A stretch of DNA of 64,000 bases from Mobula hypostoma (lineage: Eukaryota): positions 40,054,001-40,118,000 of the forward strand of contig NC_086097.1 in the NCBI RefSeq assembly GCF_963921235.1, written 5' to 3'. Positions 26,401 to 39,298 of the stretch are shown one piece after another (the stretch's first letter is position 1; the number at the start of each line of letters is the position of its first letter). The position numbers and the translations under genes were made by a program. The notes under the pieces were generated by a model, which was not told the DNA's origin, ran no database searches, and saw nothing but the letters and a program-made list of their open reading frames with translations.

Positions 26401-26999
26401 TAGAATTGTACAGAGCAGAAATTGGTCTCGGTCCATTTCGTCCATGCAGTCTGCAATCATTGTATTTGTCCTAATTAGGCCCGAATTGCTCTGCTTTCCT
26501 ATACTATCTGTCCAAATGCCTTTTAAGTATTAATATTGTATCTGACTCTACTGTAGCCTCTAGTAGCTCATTTCCTATAATACCTACACCCCTCAGCCTC
26601 ACAAGTTCTAGTGAAAATAACACTGGCTCATCCAATTTCTCCTTACAAGTAGACCAGGCCAAAATTTTGTAGAGTTGCTAGATGCCATCCCATCTTTCAT
26701 ACTACCCCCTTTTACCACCAACCTTCTTTTGACAGCTCAGAAGGTTGTGAATTTCTCCCACTTCAGGGACTCAGCACAAAAGTATAACTTGATATCTCAG
26801 TGCAGTACGCTGTGGGAAGTTGCTTCCTGACACGTGAGATAATCAGCTTTTCCTCAGAGGATACATCGAAATTGTATAGCACAATTTAAAAGAAAAGCAT
26901 GAAGCTTAAATAATATTGCCCTAAACAATAGTTCCTCCCCTCCCTCCCCACACAACTTTCCCACAATGCTGTTTCTAAAAAGGCACCTCTGGACTGACT

Positions 27000-27245
27000 A
27001 CTTCAAAGTAAACTTATCATCAAAGTACAAATATGTCACCAACTACTACCCAGAGATACTTTTTTTTGCAGGCATTCACAGTAGATACAAGAAATTTTAT
27101 GGAATCAATGAAAAACTAGCAACAGAGACAGTGAAACAACTATGTTCAAAAGATGACAAACTGTGACAATATAACAAAAATACTACTAACAATAATAAGA
27201 ATAAATAAATAAATAAATAAATACATACTGAGAACTTGAGCTACA
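27000..27245 (-). mobile_element. Rex-type LINE 3' tail with (AATA)n
   Basis: Similar to 57070-57350. Confidence 0.6.
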
Positions 27246-27569
27246 GAAATAATCAGTTCTTGTCAAAACTGCTTCATTGATTGTAAAGTGTATTACAACT
27301 GCTGGCAAATAAATGAATCTTCCTATTCTTGATAAAAAAAATCCTGTGCATCTGTGTTGCCCAAAGTCCAGGGTAAATTAAGACAGTTATTTTGTGCAGT
27401 TCTTCAACCCCTAATGGATACAAAATGAACACATTAGAATTACAAAGCAACAGTGGCAGCATTTGGCAAAATTTGTCGGATACCAATCCTTCACTTCCAG
27501 AATGTGAAGTCTTAAATGTGAACACTAATAAGTATCTAATCTCTTGTCATGCTCTTTGAAGGTCAAGAA

Positions 27570-27750
27570 ACTGATACAGTGTGGAGAAGGCCCTGCCAAC
27601 CCTTCGAAAAACACCACCCCTTCAACCCTGATTAATGCGGATCTAATCACTGGACAATTTACAATGACCAATGAACCTAGCTGGTACCTCTTTGGACTGT
27701 GGGAGGAAACTGGAGCACCTGGAGGAAACCCACACATTTCATGGGTCATG
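27570..27750 (-). mobile_element. HE1-like SINE fragment
   Basis: TTTGGACTGTGGGAGGAAACTGGAGCACCTGGAGGAAACCCAC core. Confidence 0.75.
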
Positions 27751-29824
27751 TTGCCAAATTGCGTACCCAAGTTCTGAATTTTTTTTCATTTTATTGAGTT
27801 AACTAATGACAGTTTCTTAATGTCACCGGAACATAAAGGAATGTAAAATAGTTTGATCTTTGTGCAGGGGATTTAAAAATGCCACCTGAAAGCTCATGCT
27901 GGAAAAGATGTTTTGAAAATGTTTGGAAATTTCACTCATTATTGGTTTAATTGGATGAATGGGGAGGGGCATTTAAAAGAAATATTTGATGCCATTGGAT
28001 CCACTTAGAAAGCAAGAAAGCTTTTGCTTTAGGTTCCATCCTAAAATTATTCCTTCAGTAGCATAGAACTAGCTATCTATCAAAGCAACAAAACCATTGG
28101 CCACAAAACCATTGGCCACAAAACCAGAATCTTAGCCTTTATTATTTTGCCAATCCAAAGGAATTTTGTTCAAAATAATAGTGGTGTTTCTACACTTATA
28201 ATTCCAACTATGTTGTCTGTATCAGTAGGAAACACCCGGGGATAAATTTACATTGCAATCATTGATCTTGTCTTGAGATGGCAGGTATAAACCCTATTGT
28301 CTTCAGCCCTGCCACAGACTGTTCCCTTACCATTCCCTGCAGCTGCCTGCAGCCTGACCAGTCGGCTTTCATCCTTAACCCAGTTGGAAATCTGAAATCT
28401 AAGAACAACATTGTTGGACATCCAAGTATGTGAGGCAACATCCACAGAGAAAGAAACACAGTTAATATTTCAGGCTGATGGTCTTTTATAAGAACTGAAA
28501 TGTTGCCTAGTATGTCATGCTTTATATGTGCAGCCTTACGATTATAAGCAGTCCCAGGATGAGCTTAGACCACATATTTGTTCCAGTAGCAGAACTCCTA
28601 CATTCACCTCCACAGCTTAATCTGCCTAAGCTTATATACTGCTGAATCTTTTCTGTGGTTTTGAATCCTCTAGAGTAGACAATTTCATATTAGTCCTGGT
28701 TCAGTCCGCATCATCCAGCACTTATTCAAATGAATTAGTATCCCATTTCTCTGATGTGGCGGCACATGAAGCAGAAACATTATTTCCTTCTTTACAAGTG
28801 TATTCCTTATAATTATTCTCACTGATGTACAACATCTCATCCATACCAAAGGTTGGTACACAGCTACTAGATTGTAGAAGTGCTGTTCAAAGTGACACTA
28901 TTCGTGCTCCTGGGAACTTACCCCCATCTCATGAGGTATGAGTGAGCCAGTGGACAAGGTCTAAAGAAATTTATTCCTGCAGTTTACACTAACAAAAGTA
29001 ACCTGTAAATTTCCAGGGCAAATGCCTTTCCTGAAGTTACTTTATTCTTTCTCAATTCTTCTGTTGATTGATTCCAATTTTCTGATTGCAACTGTGATAC
29101 ATTTTTCACCTGACAGAGCAGATAATTATTTTAAACTGATCTCACATGAACTTTTAAAGTAAATTTAGAGAATGAAGCCTGGAAGTGAAAGAGCTCAGGT
29201 ATTGTACTTTGCCTTTGTTTCCCCCCTACAATTTGCTTGTCTCTCACACGACTTCATTATTATTTTGATAAAAAGTTATTGCTTTCATTTACTGGATCTC
29301 ACAATGAATGATTGTCCTATTTACATGCTGTTCCTACTTAATTTCACTTACTACATGCAGTTTTTACAATGCACTTAAGCATATAGGCCACAAGATATGG
29401 GAGCAGAATTAGACCATTCGGGCCATTGATTCTGTTCCCCCATTTCATCATGGGTGACCCATTTTCCCTCTCAATCCCATTCTCTGGCTTCTCTCCAAAA
29501 CCTTTCACACCCTGACAAATCAAGAACGTACAACCTCTGACTTAAGTACGCCCAATGATCTAGTTTCCACAGCCATCTGTGGTAATGAATTCCACTGATT
29601 TATCACTCTGTGGCTAAAGAAATTCTTCCTCATTTCCATTCTAAATGGATGTCCCTCTATTCTGAGGTTGTGCCTTCTGGTCCTAGACTCCCCAACTATA
29701 GGAAACATCCTCTCCACATCCACTGTACCTAGGCTTCTCAACATTCATTAGGCATCAATAAGATACCCCCTCATTCTAAATTCCAGTGAGTACAGCCCAA
29801 AACCATCAAATGTTCCTCATGTGA

Positions 29825-29987
29825 TATATCAAGCAGTAATAAATCAAGGCAACTAGACTTGCTGTGTTGTCTAGAAGACATTTTGTCACTCCTCAAAACA
29901 TTCTAGACAACACAGCAAATCCAGTTGCCTTGATTTACTACTGCTTGATATACAATGATCTGGATGACTGAGAACCTCCATAGACAT
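29825..29987 (+). mobile_element. Penelope-type terminal fragment forming a hairpin
   Basis: Inverted arms 29825-29876 and 29901-29952, then ATGATCTGGATGACTGAGAACCTCCATAGACAT, resembling fish Penelope ends. Confidence 0.6.
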
Positions 29988-31230
29988 ATCCTCATAAGAA
30001 TGATTCTGGAAATGAAAAGCTTATGAACTCCTCTGGACCCTCTCTATTGTCAGCATATCCTTTCCAAGATAAGGGGCCCAAAACTGCTCACAATACTCCA
30101 ACTGATGCCTCATCAGTGTCATATAATCCTCAGCATTTTATCCTTGCTTTTATATTCTAGTTCTCTCAAAATTAATGCTAACCTTGCATTTGTCTTCCTC
30201 ACCACCGACTCAACATGAAAGTTATCTTTCAGGGAATTCTGCGTGAGGACTCCCAATTTGTTTTGCCCCACTGATTTTTTGGATTTTCTACCCAATTAGA
30301 AAATAATCTATGCTTTTGTTCCTTTTACTGGAGGGCATGACCATACACTTCTCAACATTGTATGCCATCTGCCACTTTTGTCTGTTCTCCCAATCTGTCC
30401 CATGTCCTTCTGCAGAATCCCTGCTTCAACACATCTTTCTGCTCCACCTATTTTCACATCATCTACAAACTAGGCCAGGAAGCTATTAATTACATCATCC
30501 AAATCGTTGACATACAAGGTTAAAAGAAGCAGTTCCAACACAGATCCCTGTGGAACACCACTAGTTACCGGCAGCCAATCAGAAAAAGCTACCTTTATTC
30601 CCACTCTTTGCCTTCAGCCAATCCTCTAACGATGCTAGAATTTTTCCTGTAATACCATGGGCTCTTATCTAGTTAAGCAGCTTCATGCGCAGCACCTTAT
30701 CAAAGGCCATCTGAAAATGCAAGGACACAACATCCACCTTTGCCTATCCTGCTCGTTATTTCCTCAAAGAATTCCAACAGATTTGTCAGGCAAGATTTAC
30801 CCTTAAGGGAAACATGCTGAAATGGTCTATTTTATCATGTACCTCTAAATACTGAGATCTTACCCTTGACAATCAACCCCATCTTCCCAACTACTGAGTT
30901 CAGGCTACTGGCATACAATTCCTTTCTTCTGCCTCCCTCCCTTCTTGAAGAGTAGCATGGCATCTGAAAATTTCCAGTCCTTCAGAACTATGCCAGAATC
31001 TAAGGATTCTTGAAAGATCTTTACCAATACCACCATAATCTCTCCAGCTATCCCTTTCAGAACCCTGGGGTGTAGCCCATCTAGTCCAGGTAACTTATCC
31101 ACTTTCAGACCTTTCAACTTCCCAAGCACCTTTCCCTAGTAATTGCAATTACTGTCACTTCTGCCCCCTGACACTCTTGAACTTCCAGCATACTGCTGGT
31201 GTCTTCCGCAGTGAAGACCAATTCAAATAG

Positions 31231-32196
31231 CCCACTGCTCTACTCCATATACACATGACTGTGTGTCTAGGCATAGCTCAAATACCATCTATAAATTTGC
31301 TGACAATACAATCATTGTTGGTAGAATCTCAGGTGGTGACGAGAGGGCTTACAGGAGTGAGATATGCCAAATAGTGGAATGGTGCCACAGCAACAACCTG
31401 GCATTCAATGTCAGTAAGATGAATGAGAGGACTGTGGACTTCAGGAAGGATAAGATGAAGGAGCACATACCAATCCTCAGAGGATCAGAAGTGGAGAGAG
31501 TGAGCAGTTTCAAGCTCCTCAGTGTCAAGATCTCTGAGGATCTAACCTGGTCCCAACACATCAATGTAGCTATAAAGAAGACAAGACAGTGGCTATACTT
31601 TATTAGGAGTTTGAAGTGGTTTGGCATGTCAACAAATACACTCAAAAACTTGTATAGATGTACCGTGGAGAGCATTCTGACAGGCTGCATCACTGTCTGG
31701 TATGGAGGGGTGACTGCACAGGACCGAAAGAAGCTGCAGAAGGTTGTAAATCTAGTCAGCTCCATCTTGGGTACTAGCCTACAAAGTACTCAGGATATCT
31801 TTCGGGAGCGGTGTCTCAGAAAGGCAGCATCCATTATAAAGGACCTCCAGCACCCAGGGCATGCCCTTTTCTCACTGTTACCATCAGGTAGGAGATACAG
31901 GAGCCTGAAGGCACACACTCAGTGATTCAGGAACAGCTTCGCTCACTCTGCCATCCGATTCCTAAAAGGACATTGAAGCTTTGGACACTACCTACTTTTT
32001 TTAAAAATATACAGTATTTCTGATTTTGCACACTCTTAAATCTACTCAATATATGTAATTGATTTACTTGTTTATTTATTGTGTTTTATTTTATTATTTT
32101 TTTTCCTCTCTCTGCTAGATTATGTATTGCATTGAACCACTGCTGCAAAGTTTACAAATTTCATGGCACATGCCAGTGATAATAAACCTGATTCTG
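31231..32196 (+). mobile_element. Rex1/Babar LINE, 5'-truncated, nested in CR1
   Basis: ORF 31263..31925 (KFADNT, YRCTVESILTGCITVWYG, LLPSGRRYRS); AATAAACCTGATTCTG tail; TSD AAATAG at 31225-30 and 32197-202. Confidence 0.92.
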
Positions 32197-34499
32197 AAAT
32201 AGTTAGTTCTTCCACTATTTCCTTGTCCCACGTTACTATACCTCTCTGACATCTATCCTCATCTCTTACTCCTTATATAGCTGAAAAAACTTTTGGTACC
32301 CTCTTTGATAATATTAACTGGTTACCTTCATATTTCATCTTTTCCCTCCATGTCTTTTTAGTTACCTTCTCTTGGTTTTTAAATGTTTCCTAAACCGCTA
32401 CCACTAATTTTTGCTCATTTCTATGCCCTCTCTTTGGCTTTTATGTTGCTTTTGACTTCCCTTACCAGCCATGGTTGTGTCACCCTGATGTTAGATTACT
32501 TCTTTGGGATGAACCTATCCTTGTGCATTACAAATTTCTCCTAGAACCTCCAGCATTAGTGTTCCGGCATCATCCCCTGCTAGCATCCCTTTCCAATCAA
32601 CTTGGACCAGCTCCACTCTCATGCCTCTACAATTCCTGTAATTCCGCTGATACATCTGACTTCAGCTCCTCCCTCTAAAACTGCAGTGTAAAATCTATCA
32701 TATTATGATCACTGCCTCCTAAGGGTTCATTTACCTTAAGCTCCCGAATCAAATCCAGTTCATTACACAACACCCAATCCAGAATAGCCTTTCCCCTAAT
32801 GGGCTCAACAACGAACTGATCTAAAAACGATCTCGTAGGCATTCTATGAACTCTCCCTCTTGAGATCCAGCACCAACCTAATTTTCCCAATCTACCTGCA
32901 TATTGAAATTCTCCATGACTATCAGAGGATTGCCCTTTTGACATGCATTGTCATTTGTAGCCAACATCCTGGTTACTATTCGGAGGTCTGTGTATAACTC
33001 CCATCAGGAATTACTACCCTTGTAGTTTCTAAATCTACCAATAAGGATCCCACATCTTCCAATCCTATCTCACTCATTTCGGAGTTTGGATTTCATTTCT
33101 TACCAGCAGAGCCATTCTACCCCCTCTGCCTACCTGCCTGTCCTTTTGATACAATGTGTATCCTTGAATGTTAAGCTCCCAATAATGATCTTCTTTCAGT
33201 CATGACTCAGTGATGCTGACAAAGTCAACCTACCAATCTGTAACTATGCTACAAGATCTACCTTATTCCATATACTATGCGCCTTCAAATACAACACCTT
33301 CAGTCCTGTATTCATCATCGTTTTTGACTTTGACCCCACGTTACACTGCACCTTATCTGACTGACTGGAATCTTGCCCTTTTATCTGTCTGCCCTTTCTC
33401 ACAGTCTCACTACATCTACTTGTATACCAACTCCCCAACCTCTGCCCTAACACTCTGCCAACTTAGCTTAAACCCTCCCAAACAGCTCTAGCAAACCTGC
33501 CCATAGGATATTGGTCCCTCTTGCGTTTAGGTACAACTTGTCCATTTTGTCCCCAGAAGAGATCCCAATGATCCAGAAATCTGAAGCTCTACCCCTTGCA
33601 TCAATTCCTCAGCCTGGCATTCATCTGCCAAATCGCCCTCTTCTTACTCTCACTGGCGCGTGGCACAGGCAGCTGTTTAGAGACTACTACACAGGGGATC
33701 CAGCTTTTTGGTTTTCTACCCAACTCAAGAAATGCTCTCATTAGTCTCCTCCCTATTTTTACCCATGCAATTGGTGCTAATATGTACCAGGACTTCTGGA
33801 TGCTCATCCTCCCCCTTTAGAATGCCATGGACCAGATCTGAGACATCCCTGATCCTGGCACTTGGGGGGAAACATATTATCCGGATGTCTCTTTTACATC
33901 CACAGTCTCTCATGTCTATCCCTCCAATTATGGAATCCTTTATTACTACTGCAGTCCTCAGATCCCCCTTCCATTCTGAACTACAGTGCCAGGGCCCCAG
34001 GTGCTGTGGCTCACCCCTGGTAGGTTGACTCCCTCAACACTCTCCAAAGTGTTATGTTATTGAGGGGAATGACCACAGGAGTACTCTGCACTGACTGCCT
34101 ATTTCCTTTCCCGATAGCCATCTACGTACCGTCTCCTTGTAGATCCTATCTATCACCTTCTCATTCTGCTATAGGACCCAAAGGTCATCGAGCTGCAGTT
34201 CCAGTTCCTTAACACGTTCTCTTGAGAAGTGCAGCTTGGTGCACTTGATGCAGGTGTGGTCATCCGGGAGGCTGGAGAATTCTCCCAGAATTTCCACATC
34301 TCACACAAAGTACACAACACATGCCCTGGAGCGATGCTCACTGCACTAAATGACGATGAATGCAGAAGAAACTTACCTTGCCAAAGCCTTCCTACTCTAG
34401 TACTGGTCCACTCATACAATGGCCAGTCCACTTGTCCCTACCTTACTTTTATTTGCCCTTGCTAATAAATCACAATTCGAAAGGGCCATCAGAAATAAT

Positions 34500-35480
34500 T
34501 CAAAGCCTGTGAATGCTCCTTTTTAAATCTCTCCTCGAGAGCTTTAAAAACAAGTAAGCAAACTTTATAATTAATTCTTAAAGATACAGGAAGTGAATGC
34601 AGAATAGTTAAGATTGGAATGATATTCTCCTTCATCCTGGCTTTCGTTAACTGTCTAGCAACAGCTTTTGAATGAGTTGAAGTTTGCCAACAGATTGCTT
34701 TGGAAGGCCAGTAAAAAAAATGCATTGCAGTGATCTAGGCTATTTGATACAAATGCGAGAATTAGTTTTTCCATCATCATTACATGACCGAAATGGACGT
34801 ACCTTTGCAATATGTCTTAAGTGTAGAAATATTGTTTTGGACACTGTGGGATTTAAAATTCAAATCTGAATCAAGGATAACACCTAGGCTTATTACTTCT
34901 GATTTTCTAATAGGAGCCAAGTTCCTAAGTTTATCAGGAAGTTTATCTCTTGACCTTGGGACCATCTAAGAGTATTTCAACTTTATCTTCATTTAGTTTT
35001 AGGAAATTATTGCTAATAAGTCAGAGAAGATAGGGTGGTACCATTGTCAGGCTTGACCAAGACATACAATAGTGTCTCAACTGCATAACTGTGGAAATCA
35101 AGTTCATGCTCCGTTATGGTGTCTCCTAAGGGGAGCATGAATAAGGAGAAAAGTAGGGGTCCAAGACAGCTTTCCTGAGCAAAACCAAAAGTCACATCGT
35201 ATCTCTTAGAAAATTACTCTCCAAGCCAGACAAAAAAATGTTCTCTGTGACATATGAGCAAAAGCAATTAGGAGCTCTACCAGAGAAGCCAAGCCAAGCC
35301 AGTTCTCAAGACGATTTAGGAGAATTTTGTGAACAATTATGTCGAAGGCAGCACTTAGGTCTAAGGGAGTTAGAACAGAGACCCTGTTGGCATCAGTGCT
35401 GAGCCTCAGGTTGCTGACAATTTCAGTAAGGGCTGTCTCGATGCTGTAATTTGCTGTAAAACAAGACTAAAACCTCTCTG
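34500..35480 (-). mobile_element. Degraded L2-clade LINE RT
   Basis: LGPLLFSLFMLPLG..HSYA; LGVILDSDLNFKSH; LHSLPV..RINYKV.LLVFKAL. Confidence 0.85.
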
Positions 35481-36869
35481 GAAAATTAGTCGCAGTTGGA
35501 GCATTGCATTAGATTCTGGGTCCTTTCCACTTAATCATGTCCCTAGCTCTTTGTTGTATACAATCATCCTAATCTAATCCTGAATTCTGATTCATGGCAG
35601 GTCATTTTTGAAATGGTGCTGCCCAGGCCATGCTGGTGCATTAAAAAATATTCTCTGAGAATCTGTCCAGTGGAAAGGCAATAAGTGGGAAAGTGAAAGA
35701 ACGGCTAATGGTGAGATTATTTGTGACAGGTAGGGAAAAGTAGAATCATTTTGGACACTGTCACTCAGCAGCCTTGCTAATAGACATGTTCACAGAGCTT
35801 GTTCTAGCTGTAGATGAAATGAGTAAAGAAATGGAAAATGTAACATGTGCTCCCACTTAGGTCTTTGTAAACCACATAATTCCTGACCAAGTTGTTTACC
35901 ACTTATAGAATGTTTAATTATGTTCACATTGCACCAATAAATCAGATATCTCACAAGCGTTAATTTACATCCACTCATTTATATTAGGATGTTTAATTCT
36001 GCATTGGTACAAAAAAAATATATTTTATAGGATCCTTTATGGCCAAAATGTGGAAACTAATTCACCGAGCCTAACTAAATAAATAAAAATGCTGATATGC
36101 AGCTTTTCCATTAAGGGGCCTTCTCTACTTTTACTTACTGTGGTGCTTTTTAAATTGTAACAAACTAAAGGTAGTACAATAAGTCCATGGGAATTGTTTA
36201 GAGTGAAGAAATCGCTTATATCTACAAAACTAACCTCCTGCCTTCTTTGTTATGCAATATATCAATGTTGTATAATCGCAACAAATATCAGGGGAGAATT
36301 AAAAGAAATACTCATACTTAATCCATTAAGACGACATTGACACAAGCCCGTCAATCTGAAAAATTGTGGAGACAGGTGCATTCTTTTACATTTTCATGAT
36401 GAGTATTCTTTGAAGACAATAAATAATTCTACTTATTTTCCTTTGTGTTTTAAAAAAAATGGATGTTTGATTCACAAGGATTCTCACAGGGATTTTGTAC
36501 ATGACTCACGTCTGCACGCAAATATAAATTCAGGATGTTTACACAAAGGATGGAAAAGCAGTCATTTCCATACAAATATTCAGTTTTTGAATTAATATCA
36601 AAGTTATTACTGAAAAATGTCCATAAAACAACAGCAATTCTGGTCCTGGTGAAATTTATTTTTGACTGTATCACAATTGTCTTTCTTATTTTAAGAGAGA
36701 AAATTGTCACTTATTTCAAAGTTCAGTGTAAATTTATTGCACTGGACAAAGATTTTCTTTCCTCAATGCTTTTGGTGTATCTTATAGATTTTGGGCTGCA
36801 TGAAAATCACTGTGAAATTACCCTATCACAAAGGCAAAAGGGTAAAAATAAATAGAGAGGTACTGCTCA

Positions 36870-37450
36870 TACATTCTTCATCCATTCAGATATCTGATGT
36901 CAGAGGGGAAGAAGCACATTGAGTGTGTGTCTTCAGGCTCCTCTACCTCCTCTCTGATGGTAGCTATGAGAAATGGGCATGTCCTAGGTGATGGGGCCTT
37001 ATTGATAGATGCCACCTTTTTGAGGCATCACCTTTTGTAAAAGTCCTGCATGTTGTGGAGGTTAGTGTCCATAATGGAGCAGGCTGACTTCACAACTGTT
37101 TGCAGATTTTTCCCAATGCTGTGGAGTAGCCCCTCCCCACAAGCCAGATGGTGATGCAACCAGTTAGAATGCTCTCCACGGTACATCTGTCAAAATTTGC
37201 AAGTGTCATTGGTGACATACTCCTCAAACTTGTAATGAAATATAGCCACTGTCTTGCCTTCTTTGTGATTTCATCAACATATTGGGCCAAGGATAACTCT
37301 TTAGAGATATTGATAGCAGGAACTCAAAATTGCTGCCCCACTTCTAATTCCTCAATGAGGACTGGAGTGTTTTCTCTCAACTTACCCTTCCTGAAGTGAA
37401 TATCAATGCTTTGGTCTGTCTGATATTGAGTGCAAGGTTGTTGCTACATT
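36870..37450 (-). mobile_element. Rex1/Babar fragment
   Basis: ORF 37090..37290 (KKARQWLYF, RCTVESILTGCITIW). Confidence 0.85.
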
Positions 37451-37466
37451 TCACAGGAGTGCTAAC

Positions 37467-38457
37467 AATGACTGAACCCAGGAGTAGAGGAACAGCAGAT
37501 TCACATGTAGAGATGGAAACAAGAGGTTATACATTGGAATTCCAAAAGAACATTGATAGCCCAACCAAGCAACACCAAAAGACAAATCATTCCCCACTCA
37601 AGAGCTCCTCAGTAAGTACTAGTTGGGAGTCCAATTTAGATAATCACAGAATGCTGAAAACCTATGCCAGGCACAATTAGCTCAACAAGATTAAACAGAA
37701 AAAACAAGGGCTTATTGACTCTAAGACAACAATTAGTAAATACAGGTGCTCAAGAAACCTAGAAGCCTAACACTCAGTGGCTTATTACAGGGGCCCACAG
37801 GGCTCATGACTCGATGCCCTCAAGACAGGGCTGGAAAGTGCAAAGAAGTACATATAACTCAGGAACATTGCACATATGACTTAGGAACATTTCATACAGC
37901 TCATAAACATTGAATACCATGGGAGACCTACCAAACCTTACCAAGCTAGAGAACCTTGGAAGAATCTTAAACATCAGCAGTGAAGCTCCAGACATTCACT
38001 TTGAGCATAGACTCAGGCCATCAATTGAGTAAAGAAGGCATCCTCACCTCCAGCATACTGATGCCCAAGCTACTCATGTACCTCCACTGGATCCATTGAT
38101 CATGGGGTTCTTCTGCCCATGGTAAGTGCAGGCAGTGACAGAAATTAGGTGCAGAGGAATAGCAATCTCCCTTGTAGAGGCAGAAACAAAAGGTTATACA
38201 TAGATATTCCAGCAGAATATCTATAGCACAACAGAGGGATGCTATGTAACAAGGGCCTCACAATGAGTGCTAGTTGGCAATCTGCTTTAAATAATCAGAA
38301 AACTCATGCCAGTCACAATTAGCTTGACAAGATTAAACAGAAAGCACAAGGCTTAATGAGTCTAGTTGAGACTACAATTAGTAAGTGCAGATGCTCGAGA
38401 AACTAATAAGTCCAATGTTCAATGGCTTGTCGGAGAGGCCCATAGGGCTCATGACAA
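37467..38457. repeat. Diverged ~330-bp direct repeat pair (37467-37810 and 38135-38455)
   Basis: Shared colinear blocks GGTTATACAT, CACAATTAGCT..ACAAGATTAAACAGAAA, ACAATTAGTAA, AGGGCTCATGAC. Confidence 0.8.
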
Positions 38458-38599
38458 CATGACTCGGATAATAACTCCGAGATTATTTTGTCTGTTGTCC
38501 TGCTGTTTAATTTTCTGAGTTCCTTGTAATATACCTATAGGATCCATCCCTAATTCTACTTACCTTATTGGTATTAACATGCACCGAGAGAGCTGTTTA

Positions 38600-39175
38600 C
38601 TGCTCAGAATATTCTGTAATCACTTCATAATATCATCATATTATCTCAGTGTATCACTGCTTAGTATGACAACTGCCTTGCTCAAGACCAGAAGGAATTG
38701 CAGAGTCGTGAATACAGCCCAGTCCACCACAGAAACCAGCCTTCCCTCCATTGACTTTGTCTACCCTTCACAATACCTCAGGAAAGCAACAACTGTAATC
38801 AAAGACCCCACTCACCTCAGTGACTCTTCCCCCCGCCCCCCCCTCCATGGGGCAGTAGATACAAATGTTTGAAAACGTATACCAGCAGACTGTAGGGGAG
38901 CTTTTACCATGCTGTTATAAGACGGCTGAATGGATCTCACCAGACAAGTCTTTGATTTCTCAGTTTGCTTCATCATTGCTCTTCCACCCCATTTGTCTGC
39001 CTTCACTGCACTATCTCCGTAACTGTTACACTGTTTTGCATTCTGTTATTTTATTTCCCTTTTGTACTACCTTGATGTACTTACGTATGGAACGGCCTGT
39101 TTGGATAGCCTGCAAACAAAACATTTCATTGTATTTTGGTGCACCTAACAGGAATAAACTAATTGTCAATTACCA
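38600..39175 (+). mobile_element. Rex1/Babar 3' fragment
   Basis: RVVNTAQSTTETSLPSI, IKDPTH; AATAAA tail. Confidence 0.75.
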
Positions 39176-39298
39176 GTTAATCCTGGCACCATTAAGGAAA
39201 TTTACCTTCCTAATTAGAGCCCTGGCTGTAGAAAGATATGCTGATAGGACGTAATGCTGAGGCTTTATAAGGCACCGGTCAGGTCATACTTGCAGTAT

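Larger units (their letters stand above)
29375..34340 (-). mobile_element. Near full-length degraded CR1: ORF1 zinc finger and SGNH esterase, ORF2 APE-RT
   Basis: CTLCEMW (34153..34431); CFPPSARIRDV..VHISTN esterase (33725..33913); LGGSDHN (32675..32944); DGLHPRVLK (30905..31129); 3' ORF 29520..29744. Confidence 0.9.

Noticed and set aside
28248..28459. Possible minus-strand coding exon (ISNWVKDESRLVRLQAAAGN)
   Set aside because: Splice-like signals are present but no recognisable homology in any frame.
31349..31765. Antisense ORFs over LINEs (also 1972..2250, 25261..25617, 45714..46034)
   Set aside because: Shadow frames of LINE coding sequence.
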